Under the pieces are notes generated by a model that was not told the origin of the DNA, searched no databases, and was given only the letters and a program-made list of their open reading frames with translations. From assembly GCA_964518445.1 (NCBI GenBank), contig CAZFGJ010000001.1, forward strand, positions 1-60,416: a DNA stretch of 60,416 nucleotides, in the 5' to 3' direction. Position 1 is the first letter of the stretch. Every line of letters begins with the position of its first letter. The stretch is from an uncultured Solirubrobacteraceae bacterium (GTDB taxonomy: Bacteria > Actinomycetota > Thermoleophilia > Solirubrobacterales > Solirubrobacteraceae). Below, one piece after another: positions 8,181 through 16,962 of the stretch. The position numbers were made by a program, and so were the translations under genes.

Positions 8181-8606
8181 TCAGTCGTCAATGTGATCGG
8201 CGCCCGCGCCTTTGAGCTCGGCGAGGCGCTCGCCCATAGCATTCAACTTGTCGGGAGAGTGCCCGACCCAATCGACGATCTCGCCGACGATCCGCACGGG
8301 ATCTCGCGTGCGGTAGGAACAGGTTGGGTTGCCCGGGAACTTCTTGTCGGTGAGGTTGGGATCGTCTTCAAGGTCACCGGTCGCCTCCACGATGTAAATC
8401 CTGCCCCGACCCTCGCCGAACGCGAGCTCCGCGCCCCACGTCGCTGCGTCAAGGGTCGCGGTCACCTAGACGTGGTTGGTGGTCCTGCCCGCCTGGAAGT
8501 TCGAGCCGCGACCCGGCACAAGCAGATCCCCCATCTTCAGGTCGGCCTTCGTGCCATGTAACAGGACGCCCGACTCGTAAACCTCAAACGGCGTCGGCTC
8601 GCTCAT
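8181..8606 (-). pseudogene. arr: NAD(+)-rifampin ADP-ribosyltransferase with an in-frame TAG at codon 47
   Basis: MSEPTPFEVYESGVLLHGTKADLKMGDLL...NHV*VTATLDAATWGAELA...EDDPNLTDKKFPGNPT; stop at 8466-8468. Confidence 0.88.
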
Positions 8607-8701
8607 GTCCCCTGAATAGCAGGTCTTGCCGTTCTCCTACACCTCTACTCCACCCAGTCCGGCACAGGGCTCCGGCGGTGATGCCGCCTTCCCTGTTTTG
8701 C

Positions 8702-8885
8702 GCGGAAAGCAGGCGCCCCGCACGTGGCAAGCGAGACGCCTGCAAAGGACGAAACCCAGGCGTCTCGGTTTGCCCTTGCCAGACGCTCGCTTCTGCGGAA
8801 AGCGAGCGTCTCGCGCCATCGAGGAGCGGGCGCCTGGCTTTTTTCGGCCGGGTGTCCGCTCGAGTCGCTGAGACGCTCGCTCTAG
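8702..8885. repeat. Cluster of the same palindromic units (copy 6, rearranged)
   Basis: GGAAAGCAGGCGCC, GAGACGCCTGC, GGACGAAACCCAGGCGTCTC (8747), AGACGCTCGCTT, GGAAAGCGAGCGTCTC, GAGACGCTCGC. Confidence 0.75.
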
Positions 8886-9236
8886 CCCAGAAGACAGCAG
8901 TCCGAAAGAGCTCGCGTCGAATCGTCGCGTCCAAGGGCCCTTCTTCGCAGGCGCGGTTCTCGCGAAGTCCGAACGATTGAGAGGTTGCGCCCACCGGCCG
9001 CCGCGCGGTACGTTGGACATCGAAATGACCAGAGTTGGACATTCCGATGACGTTCTACAGTTGATGGCTGATAGCCGGCGCTGGGCGGCGTCCTCGCTCG
9101 CTCACGTGCAGAGCACGCTTCGCTTGCTGCGTCCTTGCCCAGCTTGACTCTCAACCATCAACTTCTGACTTAACAAGCGCCCCGTGGCCATCAGGCTGCG
9201 GGGCGTTTCTCTTTCCTTCGCTGTAACACTTGTCCC

Positions 9237-9785
9237 ATGGGGTCGCTTGGACGGGATGCTCCGCTTGAGGAGGTGCTGGTCGGAGGGCTCGAGAGACGGC
9301 GGATCGTGATCGTCGATTACGACCCGCGATGGGCCGACCGCTACGGGCAGGAGCGGAAACGGGTCGGGACGGCCCTCGGCTCCGCTGCCCTTCAGATCGA
9401 GCACATCGGATCGACAGCCGTTCCCGGCCTGGCGGCCAAGCCGATCGTCGACCTGCTCGTCATCCAGGACGACGCGGCCGATGAGAAGGCGACCACCGCC
9501 GCACTGGCCCAGGCCGGCTATGAGCTCCGCGTCCGGGAGCCCGGCCACCTGATGTTCAGGACACCCGCAAGGGATGTCCACGTCCACGTCCGCCAGGAGT
9601 CCGATCCCGAGATCGCACGGCACCTCGCCTTCCGTGAACGGCTCCGCACCTCAGCGGCCGACCGCGATGCCTATGAGCGCCTCAAGCGGGAGCTCGCCAC
9701 GCGCGACTGGCCGGACATGAACGCCTATGCGGACGCGAAGGGCGGCCTGATCGAGGAGATCCTCCGCCATGCCGCCGAAGGCTGA
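9237..9785 (+). CDS. GrpB/UPF0157 family protein (nucleotidyltransferase-like fold)
   Basis: YDPRW, IEHIGSTAVPGLAAKPIVD, HVHV, FRERLR, Y..LKRELA, YADAK. Confidence 0.92.
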   Translation: MGSLGRDAPLEEVLVGGLERRRIVIVDYDPRWADRYGQERKRVGTALGSAALQIEHIGSTAVPGLAAKPIVDLLVIQDDAADEKATTAALAQAGYELRVREPGHLMFRTPARDVHVHVRQESDPEIARHLAFRERLRTSAADRDAYERLKRELATRDWPDMNAYADAKGGLIEEILRHAAEG

Positions 9786-9806
9786 ATCGGGTAGGTCGGC
9801 GGCGGC

Positions 9807-11084
9807 CTAGTTGTCCTTCGGTTTCGTGCCCGCTTCGATTTCGGCTTTTTCGCGGGCTTCCTCGGCTTCCCGTTCCCGTTTCTCTTCTTCGAGCTCGCTG
9901 GTTTTGCTGTGTTCGGCTTCGCTTTTGTCGTCAGACCCGGGGGATTCCCGTGGTTTCCTGACTTCTTTCACCGGTTCTGAGGGAGGCGCCAGCGGCGTCG
10001 TGACGGTGCCCGAGGAGGCCGGAGGCACCGAGCTGACCTGTGCCGGGCCAGAGGCCGAGGTGCTCGAGGGCAGCTGAGGTTCGCCTTCCGAGGGGGAGGC
10101 GTGGCTCGTGGCGGGGTGCCGAGAGAGGCTGCGGGTTCCGCCTTCGCCGGTGCTCGAGCTTCCACCGCCCGTACCACCCGATGGCGCGCTGGAAGACGAG
10201 ATGCCTGTCCCGCTGGGCGACCTGGTCACACCGTGCCCGCTCGCCGGGATGACGACGGCGTCGTCGGCGCTCGAGAGGGCAGCGGAGACATGGCGATCCG
10301 AGCCGGCCGAGCGTTCCGCCGAGCTCCCTCCGGGCGAGTGTCCGGGCTCATGGGGAGCGACCGCGACGCCGGCCGCCGCAACAACGACGGCTGTGAACCC
10401 CGCACCGAGTGTCCTGACGGCTGTCGTGCTGAGGCCCGTCCCACCGCCCGGAGCCGAGAGCTCGAGCACCCGTCCCGCCGACGGGCTGCCGCCACCCAGC
10501 CAGGTGGTGGCCCGCCTCATCAGCGGGAAGGGACTGAAGATCGCCGCGGCGTTTCGCAGAGTTGCCCGTGCGCGGTGCAGCAGACCTCTCACGGCGCCCT
10601 CGCTGACCCCCATGCTGGCGGCAACCTCGCCGTAGGTCCGCCCGCCCAGGGCGCTCTGCAGCAGCGCCTCGCGCTGCATCGGCGGCAGCGCGGCCACCTC
10701 GGCCAGCGCCTCGCGGGCCGCCAGGCCACCATCCATGTCGGGGATGTGGATCGCCCTGTCCTCGGCCGTCCAGTCGGTCCCCGTCTCACGGCTGGCGCTG
10801 CCGGCTCGCATCATGTTGACCGCCACGTTGTGGGCGATCCGGCCCAGCCATGCCCTCAGGTCACGCACCTCGTCGCCTCGGCGGAGCGCCAGCAGGGCGC
10901 TGAGGAAGCACTGCTGGACGGCGTCCTCGGCACGAGAGTCCGACAGGCCCAGCCGCGTGCAGTAGCCGACCAGCGAGGCGCGGTAGCGCATCACGACGAT
11001 CTCGAAGGCACGCTCCTGACCGTCGCGTACAAGCTCGAGTAGTCGCTCATCGGATGTCCCCGGTAGAAGGGGGGGGCTTGACAT
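9807..11084 (-). CDS. ECF sigma-70 factor with C-terminal transmembrane segment and low-complexity tail
   Basis: SDERLL..VRDG..AFE, AEDAVQQCF, WL.RIAHN, LPPMQREAL, VRGLLHRARATLR; then a hydrophobic stretch and Ser/Gly/Pro/Glu-rich tail. Confidence 0.88.
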   Translation of the reverse strand: MSSPPLLPGTSDERLLELVRDGQERAFEIVVMRYRASLVGYCTRLGLSDSRAEDAVQQCFLSALLALRRGDEVRDLRAWLGRIAHNVAVNMMRAGSASRETGTDWTAEDRAIHIPDMDGGLAAREALAEVAALPPMQREALLQSALGGRTYGEVAASMGVSEGAVRGLLHRARATLRNAAAIFSPFPLMRRATTWLGGGSPSAGRVLELSAPGGGTGLSTTAVRTLGAGFTAVVVAAAGVAVAPHEPGHSPGGSSAERSAGSDRHVSAALSSADDAVVIPASGHGVTRSPSGTGISSSSAPSGGTGGGSSSTGEGGTRSLSRHPATSHASPSEGEPQLPSSTSASGPAQVSSVPPASSGTVTTPLAPPSEPVKEVRKPRESPGSDDKSEAEHSKTSELEEEKREREAEEAREKAEIEAGTKPKDN

Positions 11085-11177
11085 CTCGCTGGGAAGAGTA
11101 ATCCCCAGGGCACCCGTCGGGGAAAAACTCTTGTGATCACCGCCCGTCAAGTCGCCCCCCGGCTCTGTCGCGGCTCG

Positions 11178-12545
11178 CTAGGTGTGTTCCGTTGTGCTCT
11201 TGGGCGAGGAGTCCCCGCTCGTCTGATCGGCACCGCCGCCGCCCGACCCCGAGCCGTCATGGCCGGAGGAGGCCTGCGTCACTTCTGAGCCCGAGTCCCC
11301 GCTCGAGCCGCCCGACCCCGAGCCTCCGCTGCCCGAGTCCCCGCCGGATGAGCCGCCGTCGGAGGAGGCCGAGGAGCCACCGCCGCCGCTCCCACTCGCC
11401 TGTCCCGTTTCCGAGTCTCCCGAGCCACGCCCGGAGTCTCCCGACCCGGATGTCCCGCTTCCCTCACTCCTGCCGCTGCCGTGATGGCCTTCCTGCCGCC
11501 CCCCTGTCGATCCGTCTCCCCTGCCCGACGAATGGCGGTCCTGCCCTGCAGCTCCATCCGAGCTCTGGGACTGGACGGTCGTCTGTGTCGTTGGGAGGGC
11601 AGTTGTCCCGTGGCGGGAGCTGCCCTTTGAGCCGGAGTGCCGACCTGCGTCACCGCCACCCCGCCCGTTCCCTCGCGACTCGGCCCGCAGGGCACTCCGA
11701 GTGCTGCTCGAGCCCGATGGGGCGATGTCCATGGCCGCCGGCGTCACAGTCCCAGCGACGGCGGCGGAATGCGACGCGATGTGGTGCGGCCTGCCGTGGT
11801 GCCTGCCCTGAACGGCCGATCCGCCGGCAATCACCAAGCCCGCCGTTGCGGCCACCAGGACTCCCTTGGTCAGGATCCCCGTCAAGCCGAGGACACCCGC
11901 GCCGGCGGAGATCTCACCGGAGCGGTCGGCCAGCGGCAGCGCCTCGGTCCCCCGGCTGAGCCAGCTGTGAAGGCCTGGCGGCATCACTGCGGCCGCCGCA
12001 GTGCGGATGCTTGCCCGCGCCCGGTGGACCAGGCCTCTTACGGCCCCGTCGGTGATCCCCATGACGCTGGCCGCCTCTTCGTGGCTGCGTCCCTCGATCG
12101 CAGTCAGGACGATTGCGTGGCGCTGCATCTCCGGAAGTGCCGCGACGTGTCCGAGCGCCTCCCTTGCCGCCAGGCGGTCCTCGGCTCCGGCGGGGGTCGA
12201 GCCGATCGCCCCCTGCTCGAGCGTCTCGGGCAGCACACCCGGCTGCTCGTGTGTGACGCGGATCGAGCTGATAGCGAGGTTGTGGACGATCCGGTAGAGC
12301 CAGGGGCGCACTGCGCGGACCGTCGTCCCCCCGGTCAATGCCAGCCAGGCCTTCAGCAGCGAGTGCTGCACCACATCCTCGGCCAGCGCGTCACCCAACC
12401 CCAGACGGGCGCAGTAGCGCAGCAGCGGCGCCCTGTAGCGGCTGACCAGCGCCTCGAAGGCGCGTTCGTTCCCCCTGCTTACGAGGTCGAGGAGCCGGCC
12501 GTCCGACTGGGCGGCGAGCAATCTGATCGAGACGTTTGGGCTCAT
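11178..12545 (-). CDS. ECF sigma-70 factor with C-terminal transmembrane segment and Gly/Ser-rich tail
   Basis: SDGRLL...AFEALVSRY, AEDVVQ, WLYRIVHN, LPEMQRHAI, VRGLVHRAR; paralog of the neighbour. Confidence 0.88.
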   Translation of the reverse strand: MSPNVSIRLLAAQSDGRLLDLVSRGNERAFEALVSRYRAPLLRYCARLGLGDALAEDVVQHSLLKAWLALTGGTTVRAVRPWLYRIVHNLAISSIRVTHEQPGVLPETLEQGAIGSTPAGAEDRLAAREALGHVAALPEMQRHAIVLTAIEGRSHEEAASVMGITDGAVRGLVHRARASIRTAAAAVMPPGLHSWLSRGTEALPLADRSGEISAGAGVLGLTGILTKGVLVAATAGLVIAGGSAVQGRHHGRPHHIASHSAAVAGTVTPAAMDIAPSGSSSTRSALRAESRGNGRGGGDAGRHSGSKGSSRHGTTALPTTQTTVQSQSSDGAAGQDRHSSGRGDGSTGGRQEGHHGSGRSEGSGTSGSGDSGRGSGDSETGQASGSGGGGSSASSDGGSSGGDSGSGGSGSGGSSGDSGSEVTQASSGHDGSGSGGGGADQTSGDSSPKSTTEHT

Positions 12546-12644
12546 GTGGTTGGCGTTGCGGCGAGGAGGCCAGCCGTGAAGCCAGCCTCCCCTTTGCAAC
12601 CTAGACACCGGAAAGGGGCAAACCCTCCCGGTCTGGACACATCT

Positions 12645-13262
12645 TTATTTCGTCAGGCTGACCTTCTCCCAGACCGCTCCTGCGCTGGTCAGCGTCAACT
12701 CGGCCTCCTCGACCTTCGCGCCGGCGACCAATGCGGCCACGGTGCATTCGGGCTGCATGACTTCTGAGAGCGAGCCGTGCTGGTCGTCTCCATGCGAGGA
12801 GCCGGGGCCCTGCTGGTCATGACCACCCGAGACGGGCGGCTGTCCGCCGTGCTCGTTCTGATCGTCGCCCTGGTCGTTCTGATCGCCGTCGTCATCCGAG
12901 CCTTCCTGGCCCTGAGCCGCCGAGGCGCACTCGAGCCGGGTGTTTTCGGTGACCTTGCCGCCGACGACCGAGCCATCGCCCAGCGTGATCTTCAGCACGC
13001 CGCCTTCGAAGGACAGGACCGTGCCGACCGATTCGCCGGGGGTCTCCGTGGTGGTGGTCGTCGTGACCGTTGTGGCGGTGCTGTGTGTGGCTGTGGTCGT
13101 CTTGTGGGCCGTGCCCGCGACGAACCGGACCAGGTGGGCGTGGTGCTTGTGGTGCCTGGCGTGCGAGCTTGCACTGTGATGCGTGGCGTGGTGGGCCAGC
13201 GCCGCGGCGGGTATCGCCAGCGCCAGGGCCATTGTCACCAGGGCTGCCTTGAAGCTTCTCAT
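12645..13262 (-). CDS. Secreted His-rich protein with a small beta-rich (DUF5666-like) domain and acidic insert
   Basis: Strong RBS GAGGAGG; signal peptide ending ALA; HHATHH...HHKHHAH; Thr linker; GTV.SF.GG.L.ITL.DGS.V.GKVT..T..EC. Confidence 0.75.
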   Translation of the reverse strand: MRSFKAALVTMALALAIPAAALAHHATHHSASSHARHHKHHAHLVRFVAGTAHKTTTATHSTATTVTTTTTTETPGESVGTVLSFEGGVLKITLGDGSVVGGKVTENTRLECASAAQGQEGSDDDGDQNDQGDDQNEHGGQPPVSGGHDQQGPGSSHGDDQHGSLSEVMQPECTVAALVAGAKVEEAELTLTSAGAVWEKVSLTK

Positions 13263-13397
13263 CCTGCTACCTCCTCGGCCGCATCCTGGGCCGGACTGGG
13301 GATTGCTGACACCCCTGAGACGCCCCGCACCGGAAAAGCTCACGCGGGAATCTCATCCTGCAAGAAAGCTCCCGGACGCTCGTCATAGACTTGGCCC

Positions 13398-13835
13398 ATG
13401 GCACCCCCTGAGCCACCCTCTCCTGAGCATCCCCTCCAGGGAGGCTGTCTCTGCGGAGCCGTCCGCTACGAGCTCACGGCTCCGTTCATCAGCGCCGGCT
13501 ACTGCCACTGCACCCACTGCCAGCGGCGCACCGGCACAGGCTCATCGGCGAACGGCCGCGTGCCGCAGAGCGGGTTCGCGCTCCTGCAGGGCGCCGAGGT
13601 GATCAAGGCCTACAAACACACGAGCGGCGTGCCCAAGCTGTTCTGCGAGAACTGCGGCTCTGCCGTCTTCAGCGGCGACCCTCTCCGCGATGAGGAAGTG
13701 GCCATCCGGCTGGGGACCCTCGACGGGGATCCGGGGATCCGGCCCTCGGCTCACCTGTACCTGGACTCAGCTGTCCCCTGGGAGGAGATCCCCGACGACG
13801 GCCTCGAGCGCTTCGGAGGCCCTCGCGGCGCCTGA
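13398..13835 (+). CDS. GFA/CENP-V family zinc-binding protein
   Basis: GGCLCGAVRY, CHCTHCQR, FCENCGS. Confidence 0.93.
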   Translation: MAPPEPPSPEHPLQGGCLCGAVRYELTAPFISAGYCHCTHCQRRTGTGSSANGRVPQSGFALLQGAEVIKAYKHTSGVPKLFCENCGSAVFSGDPLRDEEVAIRLGTLDGDPGIRPSAHLYLDSAVPWEEIPDDGLERFGGPRGA

Positions 13836-13836
13836 G

Positions 13837-14562
13837 TCAGGTGAGCTGCTCGTAGCCGAACAGTGCGAAGTCCTCGCGGAAGAGCTCGTTGACCTTGCGC
13901 CGCGCCCCGGAGCTCATGCGGGCCGCATAGCGGTAGCCGTGCTCGTCCCCCGCCAGCTCGGATTCCCGGGCGCTGACGTTGGCATTCGCCCGGCTGTCCG
14001 CCTCGACGCCCAGCTCGGCGCAGAGGCGGTCGAAGTCCGTCTCGAAGCTCTCGACACGGCCGATGAAGTCGACCTCCTGGCGGCCGTCCCGGTGGGTCCA
14101 GTAGTTCGCCGGATGCAGCGGGAAGCTGCTGTTGCGCCCTGCATCCTCGACCTGGCGCTCCTGGAGCAATGCCAGCCACGCCTCGAAGGCGAATTCCGCC
14201 CGACCCAGGTGCGCGTAGTTCTCTGCGAGCTGCATCATCACCAGCGCTCGCACCTCCTCGTCGGGAAAATCAGCTCGCGGCTGGTGGCTGACATCCCTGA
14301 TCAGCTGATGGAAGCCCGAGTAGACGCGGTCGTATGGGTTGCGTACAAAGGCCGCCGTCCTGTAGCCCAGGCGCGACTCGGGGAGCTCGGCGAAGTCGGC
14401 CAGCGTCAGGTGCTGGTGAACCACCCGGCCGAGATCGGGATTGAGGTGGTAGAAGGCGCTGTAGGGGCTCTCGCAGAGAGTCCCCAGCCGGGCCCGGATG
14501 GTGCTGCTGGCCGTCTTCCAGGGCGCCAGGATCACAAAGCGCCGGCGGTGGGAGATGATCAT
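13837..14562 (-). CDS. Sulfotransferase family 2 protein (PAPS-dependent)
   Basis: MIISHRRRF...KTASST (5'-PSB), FVRNPYDRVYSGF (3'-PB), DFIGRVE, EDFALFGY. Confidence 0.85.
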   Translation of the reverse strand: MIISHRRRFVILAPWKTASSTIRARLGTLCESPYSAFYHLNPDLGRVVHQHLTLADFAELPESRLGYRTAAFVRNPYDRVYSGFHQLIRDVSHQPRADFPDEEVRALVMMQLAENYAHLGRAEFAFEAWLALLQERQVEDAGRNSSFPLHPANYWTHRDGRQEVDFIGRVESFETDFDRLCAELGVEADSRANANVSARESELAGDEHGYRYAARMSSGARRKVNELFREDFALFGYEQLT

Positions 14563-14631
14563 CTCCTGATGTCCCGGAGGCGCAAGGAGCGGTGTCACCG
14601 GTTCTATTGAACCGGTGACACTTGAGTCTCC

Positions 14632-14907
14632 TTAGGGGTTCAGACGCTTCTTCAGCGCGCTGGCGGCCGAGAATTTCGCGGCCTTGGATGCTGCGATTTT
14701 GATCGTCTCCCCTGTGGAGGGGTTGCGTCCGTCACGGGCAGCCCGGTGGCTGACGCTGAACTTGCCAAAGCCGGCAAGCGCGACCTCCCCACCAGCGGCC
14801 AGCTCGTCGGAGATCGACTCGATCGTCGCCTCCACTGCCTGCCTTGCCTGGCTGCCGGCCAATCCGGTGCTCGCGGCGACCTTCTCAGCTAGCTCGTTCT
14901 TGGTCAT
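14632..14907 (-). CDS. hup: HU family DNA-binding protein
   Basis: MTKNEL...GFGKFSV..RAARDGRNPSTGETIKIAA...KFSA. Confidence 0.93.
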   Translation of the reverse strand: MTKNELAEKVAASTGLAGSQARQAVEATIESISDELAAGGEVALAGFGKFSVSHRAARDGRNPSTGETIKIAASKAAKFSAASALKKRLNP

Positions 14908-15002
14908 GCCACTCCCTTCTCGAATGTCTGTTGCTTCGGGCACGCTAACCGCTGTCGCGGACGACGGACCCGAAAACACGGGAGTTATGACCCGAAGAGT
15001 CC

Positions 15003-16034
15003 CTAATTTCCGGGGAACTCGACCGGCGTGGCGGTGCGCAGAGAGCCCTCGGGACGCTTGGGAAGCGCCCCGGCCCGGCTGTGGCGGGCCAGAACTCCCG
15101 CTTCACAGGCCGACCAGATCGTGGCCAGCCAGGCGCAGCAGGCGATCGCGATGTGGACCCAGACCATCTGCGTCGGGAGGTGCGTCTCGTACTGATCGAG
15201 CCCCACGACCCCCTGCAGGGCCAGCAGCACGCAGAGCACCGTCAGCGGCCGCTGAACCCTGGCCGGAGCCTGGCGGCGCCTGGCCAGGAACCAGACGGCC
15301 ACAGAGGCGATGCTGAAAAGGAAGGCGATCTCGGCGTGGCGGTGGATCACGAAGTCCATCGTTCCGCGGCCGTCGAAGGCCAGGCGGTTGATCTTCTGGC
15401 CCGGCGACCCGCCTGCGTGGGGTCCCGCCGCCGTTGCGGCCGTGCCGGCGAAGATCACCAGCGCGCCGAAGGCGACAAGGCCCCCCAGCATCCGCGAGAG
15501 GCCCCGGTCCACTCCCTCGGCGGCGTCGGCCGCGGCCGACGCGGGGTCCTCGTCGGGCAGTTTGGAGCGCCACAGCAGCAGCGCGGCAGCCAGGATGATC
15601 AGCATCGACAGGGCGAAGTGGCCCATGACCCAGCCGTAGTCGAGGGCCCCTTTGACCGTGAAGCCGCCCAGGACCGCCTGGCCGACGACCCCCAGCGGGA
15701 GCATGCCCCCCAGCCAGACCAGATCGCGCCGGTAGGGCCTGCGCCGTAGCGCCCCGACCCATGCCAGACCCGCGAAGATCACGACCGGCCCGGTCAGCAT
15801 GCGGTTGGAGAACTCGATCACCGCATGGGTGTTCAGCGGCGGGTAGACGTTGCCGTAGCACTTGGGCCAGGTCGGGCAGCCCAGGCCCGACCCGGTCAGC
15901 CGCACGGCCGCGCCGGTCAGCACGATCAGCGTCAGGGCCGCCAGCGCGCAGTAGGCCAGGACGACGTACTGGCCGGGAGTGACCGTGTAGCCGTTGGTGC
16001 GCTCTCGCAGCGACCTTTTCTGTCCCTCGGGCAT
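15003..16034 (-). CDS. ctaA: Heme A synthase (COX15/CtaA family)
   Basis: GAAVRLTGSGLGCPTWPKC, EFSNR, QAVLGG.TV, HF.LS, GPHAG, multiple TM helices. Confidence 0.88.
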   Translation of the reverse strand: MPEGQKRSLRERTNGYTVTPGQYVVLAYCALAALTLIVLTGAAVRLTGSGLGCPTWPKCYGNVYPPLNTHAVIEFSNRMLTGPVVIFAGLAWVGALRRRPYRRDLVWLGGMLPLGVVGQAVLGGFTVKGALDYGWVMGHFALSMLIILAAALLLWRSKLPDEDPASAAADAAEGVDRGLSRMLGGLVAFGALVIFAGTAATAAGPHAGGSPGQKINRLAFDGRGTMDFVIHRHAEIAFLFSIASVAVWFLARRRQAPARVQRPLTVLCVLLALQGVVGLDQYETHLPTQMVWVHIAIACCAWLATIWSACEAGVLARHSRAGALPKRPEGSLRTATPVEFPGN

Positions 16035-16063
16035 CGCAGCCCTAAGGATGACATCCTGCGTTC

Positions 16064-16954
16064 GTGAGCAGCGTCGTCGATTCGCCTGGCTCCGCGCCGC
16101 TACGGGGCGCAGCGACGACGCACGACGGCACTCTCCTACGGGAAAAACCGCAGCCCTTTCTGCTGACCCTGTGGACCGACGACCCCCGTCTGGCGGGCAG
16201 CGCCGACGCCGCCGGCGTCGACCGGGTGGGGCTCGATCTGGAGCGAATCGGCAAGGCGGGGCGCCAGGCCGGCCTGAACACCTGGATCTCCGGGCACAGC
16301 GTCGAGCGCCTTGCGAAGGTCGGCCGGGCCCTGCATACCGCCCGGCTGTTCGCCCGGGTGAACCCGCTCTGGGCGGAGACCGCCCCGGAAGTCGAGCGGC
16401 TGCTGGAGCACGGCGTCGAGGTCCTGATGCTGCCCATGTTCGAGTCCGCGGCCCAGCTGGCCGGCTTCCTGGAGATCGTCGCCGGTCGGGCCACCGTCGT
16501 GCCGCTGCTGGAGACCCCCGCGGCCGTCGCCGACATCGAGGCGATCGCGGCCCTGGAGAGCCTCGGCGAGATCCACGTGGGCCTGAACGATCTGGCTCTG
16601 TCGATGGGGCTGCGCAACCGCTTCGAACTACTCGAGTCACCGGAGCTCGAACGTGTGAGCGCCGTCGTCCGCGGGGCCGGCCTTCGGCTCGGCATCGGCG
16701 GCATCGGCCGTCTGGGCGATGCGAGCCTGCCGATCGCCCCCGATCTGCTCTACGCCCAGTACGCCCGCCTGGGGTCGAGCTGCGCCCTGCTCTCGCGCGG
16801 CTATACGGCCGGCTTTCAGGCGCGGCCCACCATGAGGGGGCAGATCAGCGCCAGCCGGCGCCGCCTTGACTACTGGCGCACCGCCGGACCCGAGCCGCTC
16901 GCGAGGGCCCGGGAGGAGTTCAGGACCGCCCTGATGCGGGCTCCCGGCTGGTAG
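16064..16954 (+). CDS. HpcH/HpaI aldolase / citrate lyase family protein
   Basis: AGVDRVGLDLERIGK.GRQ, RVNP, MLPMF, LLET, IHVGLNDL. Confidence 0.75.
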   Translation: MSSVVDSPGSAPLRGAATTHDGTLLREKPQPFLLTLWTDDPRLAGSADAAGVDRVGLDLERIGKAGRQAGLNTWISGHSVERLAKVGRALHTARLFARVNPLWAETAPEVERLLEHGVEVLMLPMFESAAQLAGFLEIVAGRATVVPLLETPAAVADIEAIAALESLGEIHVGLNDLALSMGLRNRFELLESPELERVSAVVRGAGLRLGIGGIGRLGDASLPIAPDLLYAQYARLGSSCALLSRGYTAGFQARPTMRGQISASRRRLDYWRTAGPEPLARAREEFRTALMRAPGW

Positions 16955-16962
16955 GCCCGCCG

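Noticed and set aside
3399-8756. GGACGAAAC resembling hammerhead ribozyme stem II plus GAAA
   Set aside because: No upstream CTGANGA core at any copy
11178-11700. Gly/Ser-coding quasi-repeats as a DNA repeat element
   Set aside because: Low-complexity coding tail of the ECF protein with no fixed repeat unit
15003-16034. EFSNR instead of E..HR in heme A synthase as an inactivating change
   Set aside because: To my knowledge Asn at this position is the usual actinobacterial variant
15003-16640. Long N-terminal extensions in the ORF track (also 25364, 37137..38534, 41782, 49930..51261)
   Set aside because: They overlap genuine neighbouring genes and are Arg/Pro-rich off-frame translations; starts were moved to the family N-termini
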